A DNA stretch of 64,000 nt from contig QPGO01000053.1 of NCBI GenBank assembly GCA_008632985.1, forward strand, positions 248,001 through 312,000, in the 5' to 3' direction. The stretch comes from Psammoneis japonica. Its lineage: Eukaryota. Every line of letters starts with the position of its first letter. Position 1 is the first letter of the stretch. Position numbers and translations under genes: made by a program. The notes below the pieces were generated by a model, which saw only the letters and a program-made list of their open reading frames with translations, was not told the origin of the DNA and ran no database searches. Shown piece by piece: positions 34,978 to 48,700 of the stretch.

Positions 34978-35371
34978 GGTAATAGCAACCTTTCGAGAAT
35001 GAACTGGCTCAGGCAACAGCTGAGAGTGATAAGGAATGTAAAAACGAGGTTGAGTAAGGCCGCTGTCAATCGCATAAGGGTGTCACGTTTTTGACGTGCT
35101 GGGTGCTGAGGTGTGTTGAAGCAAGATTTGCCTTCGAAAAGCTGGAAGCGGGAACAGAAGATAGAAGATATCATGCTAGAGCGTATCATATTCAAGTTTG
35201 TATACTTTGATTATTTACGTCATCTGAGCGCCTCTCGCGCACGGTCATTCACGAACGGTCATTCCCGCGAAGGCGACACAGCACATAGAACAGCACGCAT
35301 CGCTTTTGTGAACACCTCACTCTGTCCATCAGTCACGGTTTTTCCACACCGACCATGGCGTGATAGCCGTC

Positions 35372-36772
35372 ATGAAGAATGTCATGGATGCTTCAGCCAT
35401 GATTGCATTTACAACAAGTCGTATAGCTCTTCTTTTTGTCATTCTGATGCTTTCAGTGTTTTCAATACGAACGGATATCACTTCTTATCGTGTGAACGAA
35501 GACGGGTCATTGACAACTGAGAAAGAGCAAACACACGTACAAAGCGATGTTTTCATCGAACGACCCGACAGTCATGATTTGAAATACTTGAATTTCGGAA
35601 CTTCTGTCTCATGGGGTGCAGGATTAAAGGACCGATACGATGCATATCCGTTTTTGTTGAGCCCAAACGTGACAAACTTGGCGATTCGGGCGCAAGGACC
35701 GTGTTTTCCGTCCGTCTGTACACAAACCATGGTGGGACACGAGGCAGTGTATGACGTGATCACGCTAGAATTCTTTACACGATCTAGTCAGGGACTGGTT
35801 CTTTTAGCAAAACGACTACGGACACGGTTTCCGAAGGCTGTCATTGTAGTCATTCGTCGTTGGAATCCATTGGTGTATCAGCACGTTCCGACAAGTGAGA
35901 ACTTTGCGGACTGGATGCAGCAACATGGTTACAAAACGAGTGATAAGGTCTTTGATATTTATAATCCCAAGCTGTATCAAGAGCTGTACTCAACAACGTC
36001 TCCAGAGGATTGGGCTTTTCATGTAGATCAAGAGGAAATGGATGCTCAGCAGGATGCAGTCGAAGCTGTTGGTGCTGTTTTATTGGATTTGCCACGTCCG
36101 TCTGACTTTCGACTAGCAATTGCGGAGACTTCCAATTGGTTCGCGCCTGATATGAATCACTTGTCGGAGGAGGGACACTTGTTTCTGGCCACGAAGCTTC
36201 AAAAAATAATTTCTCAATCAAGTCTCAATGAGATTAGCGGTAGAGTCAAATTGGGTCCGTGGGACGCTGACGATCACTGTCAATCATGGTTTCTCACTGG
36301 CGAATCTGAGTTGGAGCGGGATTTTGACACTGTGAAAATGGTGGAATTCGATCCATTGAATCACAAGTGGGCCTTGGAAATCTCACCGCGAGGTGGGTCG
36401 ATCACGGTGATGAATCCATTTCACAGGACTCAGTCCCTGTTTCTAACTTACATGGTCACTGGACCTCCACCTAGCATCTATCCCCAAGTATTCGTTCATA
36501 TCGGTAGTGACGATGACCCTGAGATGCCTGTTTTGATAGATCCCCAAGTTGATCACCCGGGACCACAGGAACACGTTGGCAAGACTACATTTGTGGGCAT
36601 GATTCCTCCAGGCGAAACAACGTTGAGGTTTCAGTATTGGCATGAGAAGGAGCTGCCTTCGAAGGAGAGGAAGGCATTTAGGCTGACTGGCTATGCGATC
36701 GTAGGATTGGACCAGGATGACTTTGGTTTCAACTATCATGATCAATACAAACGATACAGACGCAGACAATAG
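35372..36772 (+). CDS. Type II membrane protein with an SGNH/GDSL-like domain
   Basis: N-terminal TM, FGTSVSWG, AIRAQG and DMNHLSEEGH (DxxH) motifs. Confidence 0.7.
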   Translation: MKNVMDASAMIAFTTSRIALLFVILMLSVFSIRTDITSYRVNEDGSLTTEKEQTHVQSDVFIERPDSHDLKYLNFGTSVSWGAGLKDRYDAYPFLLSPNVTNLAIRAQGPCFPSVCTQTMVGHEAVYDVITLEFFTRSSQGLVLLAKRLRTRFPKAVIVVIRRWNPLVYQHVPTSENFADWMQQHGYKTSDKVFDIYNPKLYQELYSTTSPEDWAFHVDQEEMDAQQDAVEAVGAVLLDLPRPSDFRLAIAETSNWFAPDMNHLSEEGHLFLATKLQKIISQSSLNEISGRVKLGPWDADDHCQSWFLTGESELERDFDTVKMVEFDPLNHKWALEISPRGGSITVMNPFHRTQSLFLTYMVTGPPPSIYPQVFVHIGSDDDPEMPVLIDPQVDHPGPQEHVGKTTFVGMIPPGETTLRFQYWHEKELPSKERKAFRLTGYAIVGLDQDDFGFNYHDQYKRYRRRQ

Positions 36773-37329
36773 ACAAACCTTGCGAATCTTTTGCTAGCGA
36801 TGCAGTTCGGAGGCCGGCGCGGGCATGCATTACACTCACGGTATAGACATTGCAACGAGGACAAGACTTCTTTGTTTCGGTCATTTGCAGTGCGGACTCT
36901 GGTAGGATGAAGATGGGCTTGGAATTTGTTGCAACACTGCAGGGTTAACAACGAATTAACGAAGTAGTCCCAAAGTAAGATTGTTTCGGATTACTTCTCA
37001 GGAGTTTTCATTGCCAATCTAAATTCGTGAATCTACAGATTAGTTTCTCTGGGGCATCTGAGAAAAAAAGCACAAAACTCCACCAATCCTTGCTCTGTCT
37101 GCATCCACAAGGCGGACAGTCTGGTACCACAGAGACTCCCCATTCATCGGGGTGGTGGAAATTGAGGAAGAGGGCGCTGCGGTGAGTTCACATCTTCTTG
37201 TCATTATCGAAAGTGGGGGAAGCGCAACTCGCTATGCGAAGTATATTTCTTTCACTAAGCGTTAGGGAAAAACGGAATTGCAATACTGTCGGTATCATTT
37301 TAACGTAACCTGGTTTGACTCTTGACCGA

Positions 37330-39579
37330 TCAGACCAACGCGCCCAGTCCGCCCAAGAAGAAGAAGAAGAACACAAGAGCATAGTACAGAGGCTTAGCCC
37401 CAAAAGCGAAACAGCCACTGTCCTGTTCGCCGGGACCTTCATTTGTTTCCCCGCAAACACGAGGGTTGGTCGCTCCGACGCAACGATAACAGCGGAACAT
37501 GTTGTCTGGGTCAACCTCCTTTTTAATGTCTTCCAGCTCAGCCAAAAGTTTTGTCCCCCACACGGTCTCTTCCACACTGACGCAGTCTTCTTCCTTTTCT
37601 TCAATTGTATAATTAGCAGGACAAGGTGTCGTAAAGTCTGCTTTCAACGGTCCAAACCAGATATTGTCAATGTGGTTGTACTCGCTGCCGCCATAAAAGT
37701 CTCCTTCATCCAGACCCGGCGGATGAAAGAGCTTCCACGCTTTCCAGGCAGCTTCTTCGGTGGCGGCACCCACCAAATCGGTGCAGAGAAAGCCTTGAAA
37801 TCCCGCCCGACGTTCTGCGTCTGGCACTGCTGTCATTGTGTCGCTTGAAATGGCCGCATTTCCACCAATGACATGAGCTGGAATGATCGCCGACAAGAGA
37901 CTGAGCGCATCAGGTGATTTGAGCAAGAAGAAATCGGTCGGCACAAGGATTGCCCAACAATTTTCCGTAATGTAGTTGGTGGCCGGCGGATGCTCGTCAA
38001 TGATGCGCCCCAAGGGAACCCGACTCCCGTCGTGTGACGATCCAGCCAAAGCGTACGAACCAACATTCGTAACGGAGAAGATTCCTCGACCAAGAGTTGC
38101 CAGCTCGGCACCGAGAGACTGAAAGGCGGATGAATTCGACAAGTAGGCTTGCCATGCAGCCACGACAGGCTCGGGATTGCGGCAAAAGAGCTGACTATTG
38201 ACACCTCGCAACGCCCAGGAAATGTCAAATGCCAAGGAAGGTGAGCCACAGCTGTTGCTTGTTTCGACATCGAGTCCAATAACTTCGGGATCGTAGAGCA
38301 AATTGATGAAAAATATAGACAAAACGGGTGAGACCGTCTCGATGCAGCCAGGCGTTTGTGCGCATGCTCCTAGAAAGGCGGGGCCAGCTGCTAAATCGGG
38401 AAAGACTCGATAGAGCGGTTTGTAGGGGTGGAGCTGATAATACGCCGAGGTTACAATTCCATACGTCCCTCCGCCTCCACCACGGACGGCCTTCCAGAGT
38501 TTGTCAAAGGGGATGTCCATGGGACAATCCTTCCAGTCCCATTCCAACTCGTCCTCGGTCACATTCCAGTTGCAAAAGCCTTCTACTTTGGTTGTCAATG
38601 GATACAAGGACGAATTTGTGGCGTCTCGTTCCCAATCCGTCGGTCCAAATTTCACGTGCATGCCATTTGCCAGCACCATTTGCAATTCCATGACTTGATC
38701 CACTCCGAACCCATACATTCTTTCGTCGCCAATGGAAAGCCCGCCGCCCTGCATCCATCCACCAATGGAGGAAACCGAACCAGCGCCGCCTCCCACAATA
38801 TCGTACTTGTCTGCGTCGTCAGTTTGATCCTCATTCCATGCCAAGACGGCACGGTACACATAGTCCCAAACTTCGCCTCCACCGACCCGTACTACGGCTG
38901 TGTTGCCATTGGCGGTGGCTCGACGACATGCTTGACTGGCGGGATGGGCTGTTTCGTTACTTATACTGGAACACTGCACAATACCAGTGGACGTCATATT
39001 ACTTGTAGTAGCAGTAGTAGTGGAAGAATTGGCATATCCTTGAAGGTAGCGCAAATTCAATTGCAACGAATCTTTCATGGTGCTGGCGCCGTGATGGGAA
39101 TGGCCACCATTCTTGATGGAAATGGTCCAGCAATTCTCCTTGGCGATCTCTACCAAATCCACAACGTCCTTGGCATTTTCAGGAAATGCAATATGAGCTG
39201 GCAAGTTCAATGGGGGCAGGTCCGCTGAGGTCTCCAAAAAGTTGCTGGATGACGCGACTTGACTCGCATCTGTACTGTTCAGAACCGCAATTCCTTTCGG
39301 CGGCAAAACACAGCGTTCAAAAGCACAGGCCAGGAAGTCCGCACAGAGACCGGCTGGTTGGTCAATCAAGAAATAGTTACTGGACGGGATGAATTGCGTC
39401 TCGGCAAAGTTCGCCTCTTGAAAGGGCGGCACACATTGGTTGAGCCAATCATATGGATCCACCACTTCAAACAACGAGGCGGCGGCTGCTGTAGATGATG
39501 CAATAAAGGCAAAGACACAGCAAATCACAAGCTGAAAGGAAGACTTGTTCAACATCATGTACGGAAGGCCAATGAGCAC
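37330..39579 (-). CDS. Secreted FAD-linked oxidoreductase (FAD_binding_4/berberine-bridge-like) with C-terminal anchor
   Basis: Signal peptide, ISIKNGGHS, SVSSIGGWMQGGG, WKAVRGGGGGTYGIVT, WG..LEDIKKEVDPDNMF and a hydrophobic tail. Confidence 0.88.
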   Translation of the reverse strand: MLIGLPYMMLNKSSFQLVICCVFAFIASSTAAAASLFEVVDPYDWLNQCVPPFQEANFAETQFIPSSNYFLIDQPAGLCADFLACAFERCVLPPKGIAVLNSTDASQVASSSNFLETSADLPPLNLPAHIAFPENAKDVVDLVEIAKENCWTISIKNGGHSHHGASTMKDSLQLNLRYLQGYANSSTTTATTSNMTSTGIVQCSSISNETAHPASQACRRATANGNTAVVRVGGGEVWDYVYRAVLAWNEDQTDDADKYDIVGGGAGSVSSIGGWMQGGGLSIGDERMYGFGVDQVMELQMVLANGMHVKFGPTDWERDATNSSLYPLTTKVEGFCNWNVTEDELEWDWKDCPMDIPFDKLWKAVRGGGGGTYGIVTSAYYQLHPYKPLYRVFPDLAAGPAFLGACAQTPGCIETVSPVLSIFFINLLYDPEVIGLDVETSNSCGSPSLAFDISWALRGVNSQLFCRNPEPVVAAWQAYLSNSSAFQSLGAELATLGRGIFSVTNVGSYALAGSSHDGSRVPLGRIIDEHPPATNYITENCWAILVPTDFFLLKSPDALSLLSAIIPAHVIGGNAAISSDTMTAVPDAERRAGFQGFLCTDLVGAATEEAAWKAWKLFHPPGLDEGDFYGGSEYNHIDNIWFGPLKADFTTPCPANYTIEEKEEDCVSVEETVWGTKLLAELEDIKKEVDPDNMFRCYRCVGATNPRVCGETNEGPGEQDSGCFAFGAKPLYYALVFFFFFLGGLGALV

Positions 39580-39789
39580 ATACCAGTACGAGTAGGTCTA
39601 GAAAACCACATCGGCATGCAATCTCAATCGGCATCATCGGCGGGCGGGCTGGAGGTGGTAGGGACGGACGGAAGTACAAAAATTGCGTAGAAAACCCTGT
39701 ACTGTACAGTACGTACAGACAGACCGCCACTCCGATTCTACCGTATTCTCGCGACATGGCAAAGAATTTGTTGCGCAGCAAGTCCCATG

Positions 39790-42700
39790 AGTTTTGCCAG
39801 CTGCATCAAAAGTGAGAAAAACAGAAAATGGTGAAATGCTTCAGCCAGATGACAAGGAGTTGACCAGCTGCTCTGCACCTGTGACTGACTTGGTGCCGCG
39901 CTGCAGAGGTGCCACACCCAGAGGAAAAAGCCAGGAGGAGGGCAGGGCAGCAGCGCTCAGTTTGTGTCGTGCTGTTGTCTCTGCTGCCATCACCAGTGTC
40001 AAGTGGTTGCTTCTGCTGATGCATGTGTTTTGTCTGAACACCATGAAAAACTTGGCTCCATCTCTGTGGCAAATGTTTGCAGGGGGGGGGGGCAAAAAAT
40101 GTGCACCAGGTTGCATTTTTTCAGTGGCGGTGTGCAGAAGACAAAGAGCCACAGGTGCTGCTGTGATGCATGTTTGAAGAGTGGGCTGCAAGAAGACTTT
40201 GGACTCGTCACATCACCTCCCAGAAGTCAATGGTGCAAGAAACATGCTGTTTCTTCCAGTCACTGTGAGAGGCTGGAAAAGGCTTTTTAATCACAGCACA
40301 GCACAAATCTGCTTTCTTTGCAAATTTGACCCATGCAGGAATGGGGCCCAAGTGCTTGAGCACAGAGCTCTGGTGTTGCACAAAATTGTGAGACTGTTTT
40401 GTGCAGAGCACATGTGCACATGATGGCAAGACATGCAGAGCCTGAGTTCTTGCTCAGAGCCAATCACACTTGGTGCTGCTGCACAGATCATCCCATGTGC
40501 AGTCTCTTCTCATGCAATGCGCGACACTTGCGAAATGGCCAGTCATGCCACAACTTGATTGCATGGAACTCCAGCAGCCTGTCACAGGTCTTGCACTGGG
40601 AGCTGCATTTTCCAACATGTGCTTCTGTGGGTCAGCATTGTGCTGCAGACAGCCCGCAGATGCAGGAAAGCAGCATCATTTGCAACTGCAGCATGGATGC
40701 CTGCTGCACTTGCTTGCCCCCATGACAAGGTTGGCCAAGTTGCAGACCCATTGCTGTGACCCATGCAGGAACAGGGTCTGAAAGCTTTAGCAGAGATTTC
40801 TGGTGTTGTGCAAAATCATGAGATGATTTTACACTGAGCACATGCACCCACGACAGCAAGACATGTGGAGCCTCCTGAGCCCTTGTGACGCGTTCCAGAC
40901 GCAGGTGGGAATCCGTGTGACATTGGGTCCGTAGAATTCTGCATGCGAGCTCCACAGTAAAATTGTCAGGTGATGAGAACATCAATGATCGCCAACAGAA
41001 AATGAGGCAATTTTGCGAACGGACAAACTCATCAAAACCCCTCATGATGCCCTCCTGACTGCCCCACACACTGTTGTTTGCTTTTGTGGAACACAAGGCT
41101 GCACCAGCGCTGGAACTGCAGCCTCAAATGGGCACCCAGCTTGCATCTCATGTGTTTCAAGAGACACCCACAATTTTGGTTGCCTGGCTTTTCAACTCTG
41201 TGTGTCATTCAATCATGGGCACTGCATTGCACCCACTTGCACTCCACCCAGATGAACATGCAACCATGATGTTGAGTGTGCTTGTTGTTGTTGGAGCATC
41301 TGGCTTGAGGGGCACTGCGTGTGATGTGGAAATAAAGTCATGTCTTTTGAGTCCCAATGTGGTGAGTTGATGACTGTTCTTTGGAGAGGATCTTCTCCAT
41401 CATCGATTGCAATCTCACCAACTTTTTTCATGCTTGCTCCATGGAGTGAATCATCCTTTTCATCAGGAGCAAAAAGTGGCATCTGTCAACACACAATGAT
41501 CTGTTTTTGGTGTGCACACAACATTTGACATTGAGGAAAACCACAGCCAACACAGCAACAGAGGGGGCAAGTGCGCTGAGCAGCACAGGAAGCCTGGCGG
41601 GATTCCCTTTTGGTGACATTGACTTGCCGGCTCAACACTCACTCCAAAGAGCCATTTGCACTTGTTGAGTGCATGCCAACTCATCAGAAGATCACAAGAT
41701 CATCAACACCTGTGCTGTGAGTGGCAGAGCACACAGAAGGCAACAAGCAAAAGACCATGACCAGCATGAGGGCCATGGTGGAAGAGGCAACAAGAAGCAT
41801 GCCAAGAACAAGAAGTCCTTCTCCAACATGAGATGAAGTTTCACCCTTCATCCCTGAATGACAACACGCACAATGCAACACACAAAGTCATCAAGAGGAA
41901 GATCTGCAGACACATGCAGAAGGAATTTGAACAGAGCAAACAAATGACAAGGTCCCTGGAAAACATGAAGAAGTGCCTTGACTTTGAGGCCAAGAAGCCT
42001 GTGCCGAGGCTGCAAAAAGCAGCTGCACCCATGGAGGGGTCAACCCCCACACAATTCTGACATGACAAGCAGTTGGAATGTGAGTGCCATGCCAAATGCA
42101 AGGAGAGCTGCCATGCAAACTGAAGCTGTTTGATGAGAATGAATCAAAGGCATTCACTGTGGTTGTGGATGACCACTGTGTGAACCATGTGAGGAACAGG
42201 GTCCCAGGCAACCCAAGCCATGACAGCATTGGGGATGATCCAATCAAGTTGTTGAGACTTGTCCATTCCCTCACATTCAACTCAATCAGAGGTTGATGTT
42301 TGTTCCGTGTGCATGCATTGACAAAGTCCCTGAAGAACACACCATGTGCAAACAAGAGATGGTGTCAAAGACCACTCTTTTGTGGACAGCAATGTGAGCA
42401 TCAACACCACCAGATCAACAAGATCAACCTGTTCAACCTGGAGGAGGGGAGCTGTGTGGCATGGGTTGCAACTGGTCAATGAATGACCAGAGACAAGCAT
42501 GAGCCAGACCAACATGAGCATTGAGACTGATGAAATCATTTTCAACAATGGCTCTGCCCTTGGTGTGGCAGCAAGCTGGAGGTTGGTGTGCAATGCAGAA
42601 CGGGCAAAGATTGACTTGCACATGAACACAAGAGTGGACACCCTGGACAAGGATTGTGCCATGCCAGGATTGGGTGACATGAACTTGGGATCAAAACATG

Positions 42701-45700
42701 CAACAGCAAATGTCCCAAGCCTGAAGGATGCAAAGGCCAAGCATCATGTGATGCACAACAACCAAGTGGTGGATGAGTTCTGACTGTTGGACAAGAAGAG
42801 TGGTGAGGAAGTTGCAGCATTTAAAGACAATGACATTGGACTGTGCACATTTGCACCAAACCAGAAGTTCTTTGATCATGTTGAGGGTCTGCAAAGAGCA
42901 GAGTCATGAGTTGGCATGCTGCCCAAGAAGAATGCCAAGAAAACAAACAACAAGCAAAGGAGGGCATTGGGAGCTGTTGCCCTGACCATGAGGCACAATG
43001 CCATGGGCCACTCCAAAAGGGAGACAGCAAACACTGAGCTGGCACTTGGACTGCATTGCAAGGCTGGAACACCCAGTGTCAGAGATTTCAAGTGATTCCC
43101 GCATTCCATTCAGGTGGTGAAGAATCTGTTCATCATGCCAGAGAATGTGGGCAGGATGGTGGACATTTGGGGGGCACCTGTTTGCACACTGAAAGACGAG
43201 ACCAAAAGTGCCCACCATCCTCATGCAAGGAATGACAAGATTGTGATGCCACCTGAGATCTGTGACAAACAAAGGAAAGGCATTGCCCTGTGCATCAACA
43301 TTGTAGAAGTGTGCAGTGTTGAGCCTCTGCGTGCTGTTGAAAAGACAATCAAGTGTTGATTGAGCATGAAGCTGAAATCCTAGTGTGGATGTGCACAAGT
43401 CATTGGACATGGGGCACTGCGGCAACACAACAAGGTCATGTTCAAAATTCACTTCATTGGAGGCAACCCTGAGTTTGAGGCCATGCTTGCTGACAAAGTG
43501 ACCAGTGGCACAATGAACCTCAAACTGTTGCCAGTGAACACTGGCAATCACATGCCAGAGGTTGAGTGCAGTGTCAAAGCCATCAAAGAAAGGACTCAGG
43601 CTGCTGTGCATCACCTGCCTTTCAAGGCCACACCCAGACTTGTGTGTGAGCACACAGCTGCCAAGAACACAGCCATGGTGAATGCACATCCACAGAAGGA
43701 ATGCATCTCCAACACCTGCAGCCCACACACCATCATGCAACACCAAGTTTCTGACTGTGCCAGACACTTTGAATTTGCTTTTGGGGAATTTGTTTTCTCA
43801 AGTTGAGAACAACCCTGCCAACACAATGGAAATGTGTGGGGCATTGACACTGCACATCTGCACCCACATTTTGACTCTCTAAAGGGAGGAAACCATGCCA
43901 TGAACCTGCACACTGGGAAACTCCTCAACCTTTGCAAATGCACCTCCACACCCCCAACTGACATGCACATCAAAGAAGTCAAAAAGATGGCACAGGCCTG
44001 GGGTGTCAAAGATTTTAAATTCACAGGAAAATGTGGAGGCAATCTTTGCAACATCTGACTGGACTGCAGGAGTGGAACATGACGACAATGACTGCAACAA
44101 CTGTGACAAAAATGATGACAAAGAAAGCAAAGATGGCATTGATGAAGACTGCAATGAGATGGACTCAGAGGGGAACACAAAGAAGCCAATGACACCCCAG
44201 CTGGCAAGAGGTCCAGTCCCAACTGGCATGATGAAGTGACAGAGTCTGACAATGAGAATCCTGACTGTCACAAAGAAGATGATCATGAGGACATTGATGA
44301 CACACAAGACAACAATGGGTCCAGCAAAGACAACAAGGGAGCCAAAGAAAGAACAGAGGAAGAAGCCAGAGCTGCAACTGGCAGGACCACAAGGTCCAGG
44401 AAGTCCTTTGCACAAAGGCATGAGAAGCATGAGAAAATGGTGCAGTTCACAGGAGTGACCAGCTCTAAAGAAGAGCAGGAAGAGATTGCCAAACTCAAAC
44501 ACTGCCATCACTTGTGAACAAACATGAGTCCAAACCCAGAGGATGACATTGAATGCAACTCCAAATTGGCAATGGCATTGGCACAGTTCATGTGCAAAAC
44601 AAATTGCAGACTCCATTTTGCCAGAAAGGGTTTTTCGTTTGCCCAACAGTGCCCACTGCACAAAGGCCCAAAAGCATTTGGACAGAAGGGGCATGATGCC
44701 TCCAAGAAGGAGACAGGACAACTCCATGACAGAGTGTGCTTTGCACTGACATCTTTCAAAGACATGACTCTCAGTGAGAGGGCCAACCTTGTGGAGAAAC
44801 CAGATGGTTGGATTGAAGGATGAATGGTCTGCAATGGGAAATGACCAACCAGAGATTGGCAAGACAAAGACAAGTCAGCAACCCAACAGCATTGCCAGAA
44901 GGAATGTCCATGACTGCCATTGTTGATGCTGATGAAGGATGTGACATCATGTGTGCTGATGTTCCCAACACATTCATTCAAGAAACTCAGGTTCCAAAAG
45001 TTGAAGAGAAAGAAAGGATCAGCTCATGATGAAGATTGCAGGATTGCCAGTCAACATGCTCGTCAGCATCAATCCTGACCATCATGGACTGCATGTGGTC
45101 CTGGAAAAGGGCAAGAGAGTCCTTTGCGCACAAGTGATTAGAGCAGCACATGGCATGTTGTTGGTTGCAGTGCAGCTGTGGCACAAGAAGTTCCTCAAGG
45201 ACTTGGAAATGACTGGGGTTGTGTCCAACACATGTGACCCATGCACTGCCATTTGCACCATCAATGGCAAACAGCGTGCAGCAAGATTTCACATGGACAA
45301 CCTGTTGTTGAGCCACTGGAACCTAAAAGTGAACAAGAAATTTTTAAGATGGCTCAACAGAATGCATGGGAGCCATGGAAAGGACATTGCAACTCAAGGC
45401 AAGAAGCATGACTGTCTGGGAATGATTCTGGACTTCAGCAAGAGGGGCAAGGTGTTGGCAGACATGACCAAGTTCACCGGCAAGATGGTTGATGATTTTC
45501 CCAAGGCTGTTGAGAGCATGGATGCTGCCATGGCACCAGATGGAGAAAACAGCACATTGATGATGTGCACGCCACGATTGCTGCGCTGTGCACAAGAGTC
45601 AGAGAACCTGCCAACAAGGACCAAGGGAAGCTGATCCATTGTTTGAGACACATGGGCCAGACTGAACACAAGATGAAGTCACAACATTGAGCACAAAAGA

Positions 45701-48700
45701 CCTCCAATTTGTCAAACAGCATGTGGATGCATCTGAGAGCCATGCAAGATCAGCAATGTGATGGAGCAATCCAAAAAATGTCAAAGCAACACAAGCTGGA
45801 CACCCAAAGCAGCACAAAAGCTGAGCCAGCAGGAGTTGATGATGCAATGACCATGACATCATGGACCAAGCTCTTCATGGAGCACCAAGGCCATCCAATC
45901 AACAAGAACATCCTGTGTCAAGACAACAAGAGTGCCATCTTGCTCAAGACCAATGAACACAGAAGCATGGGGAAGCACTCCAGAGCTCTCAACATTTGGT
46001 GCTTCTTCTTCATGTCCAATCAGATTGAGAAGGGTGAGCTGAGGCTGCAATGCTGAACTGCCAATGACATGTTGAGAGCCTTCATGACCAAGCTGTTGCA
46101 AGACAAGAAGTTTTGAAAATTCAAACAAGCCATCACAGGATGTCAATGGTGAGCATGACAGGCTGAGTTCCTGTCCGGTGATGTCAGATGAGAATTCTGA
46201 TGTGCACGGGTGAAAGATCCCTGATGCACGTGGGTGAGAGATCCCCATGAGACCAAGACCTTTAAGGAGCCAAGAGACAAATGGCTCACAGCACTTCAAT
46301 GGGATGTTGAAAGTTCACAACATTTGTTGAGAACAAGCCAGGATGAGCAATGGAGCAATTGTGTGTGATGCAAAGACACAGCACTGGCCAAAAGATCATT
46401 GTTGGATGGACACCAAAGCAATCATCATGTGGCCATTGAACAGCATCAGGCCAATGAGATGTCCTTGCTCAGAAAGGATGGAAAAATGGGCCAGTCAGAA
46501 AGCAGATCTCATTGAACAATTGGCCAGGAAAGCACTGGCAAAAGCCTCAGATGTGGGTCATTCTGCAGAGATCAATTGCTGGAAATGGAGAAGGCAGCAG
46601 ATGCAAGAGATGCCCTGGACTGCATCCATCTGGTGGTCAAAGAAACAGAAGACAAGAATGCAGTCATTCATCTGATGTGGGAAGAATTAAAGAATGCACT
46701 GCAACAACCAAAATGGGTTGAACTGTGCAAGAGAAGAACTGAGTTCATGGAGAACCCACACACACACACATGAAGTTGCAGGTTGGTCTCCCAAGATTGA
46801 TGAACACATGTCCACTGCCACACCAATGATTTCCACACATGATGACTTTGAAGATCTTGAAGAAGACATCAAGGGAAAAGTTGGGGCCTTGCACCTGACT
46901 GAGGAACACTGGAAGATTGTCAGAGGCAATGCCTGCAGGCAACAAGTCCCATTCTGTGCCAGATGGGGAGTGATGTGCAATTTTAATGAGGCATTTGACC
47001 AAATGACAGTGGCAGGCTCAGAGGGTGACAACTTGCAGTTGTCCCCAAGTGGGTGAGATGTGGGCTGTCTGCAAGAACAGTTGAGCATGAGTTGTCCTGA
47101 AAAATTGAAGTCCCTTGATGAAGAGAATCACAAATGAAGCTGACAGGACCCAAGGCTGCTGCTGACTGGTGAGGGATCCAACTGGAGTGATTTTTGATGT
47201 CAAAAAATTGGTGCTGTTTTTCCACCATGACGTTGAGGTTGTGAAGCTGGGTTTGATGTGGACATGCCACAGAATGGAGTTCTTAGAATTGCACCCAGAG
47301 AGATGAGACAACTGCTTGCTTGTCTGTCAGACAACATTGTGAAAGAGATTGTTTGTTGTGCCCACATTGGGTGTTTCTCATGGAAGCCATGGAAAAGGAC
47401 AACCCACAAGTTTCATCACATGGTGAATTTCTCAGACAAAGGACATCATGCCTCTCTGCAACATGGCAACCAAGATGTCAAAAATGTTGATGAGAAAAAT
47501 GGTGTCCCAGGAGAGGAAATTGTCAAGCACCTTGTCCCGAATTCTTGGAACACCGGTGAGAGCAGCAGGAGTGTGTTGGAGCATCTGGCTTGAGGGGCAC
47601 CACATGTGACCCAGAAATGAAGTTGCATCTTTTGAGTCCTGATGTGGTGAGTTGATGACTGTTCTTCAGAGGATCTTCTCCATCATCAATTGCAATCATC
47701 TCACCAACTTTTTATGCTCACTCTTTGGAGTGAATCACACGGTTCATCAAGAATGACAAGTGGCATCTGACAACACCCAACAATTTGTTTGGTGTGCACA
47801 TCATGACATTTGACATTGAGGCAAGCCACAGCTGACACAGCAACCAGGGCAAGTGTGACAAGCAGCACAAGAAGCCTGGTGGGATTCCCTTTTGGTGACA
47901 TTGACTTGCTGGTTCAACAGTTGTGCAATTTGCACATTGTGCAGTCACACCAGACCAGCACCACAGTGAAAACAGTTGGGTGTTTTTGTTCAAGCAGGAG
48001 CTGCAGCAGCAGGAGTGGCAGGGTGGGTGATGGCAATTTGCTCCCACGCTGGAAGCAAGCAGGAGGAGCTCCCCAGATTGCAGGCAAGAAGCATGGCAGC
48101 AACAACTGCAGCAGGCAGCCACTGTGTCAGACATGGCACAACCACAACACCATCTTGAGCTGAGAGAAATCACATGATGTGATGTGCCACACACTGCAAA
48201 GCAAACACACAAAAGCTGCACCATGTGGTGTGTGTCAGGGACTGTGAAAAAACCACAAAAAAACAATGCAGCTGCACACTGCACACCACTTCTTCTTCTT
48301 GTGTTGAACTCTTTGTCTCAAAGTGCTTTGCAGCAACACATGGAGTTGCCAGATGGGGCCCAAATGCTGGCACAACTCTTGAGAGTGAGCAGCACCAGCA
48401 CAGCAACTCTGTCTCATGAAAGATTTAACAAAGATGAACAAACCAGCAGAGGTGATCCAGTGATGTGGAAACTTCAACAGGAGGGCAATGCATGCAAAGC
48501 CAATGTGTGCAATTTTCAGCATCCTTCTGCCTTTTGCAAGGGAGAAAATGCAACAGGAGCATGTGCCACATCTGATGGAAACACTTGACACATGCATGCA
48601 TCATGATGATTTTTGGCATCACCTGTCCTTGCTGCATGTGCTCAACACATCTGTTGTGCAGTTGGGCAGCATGGATGAACTTGGCATCATCTTGATTGTG

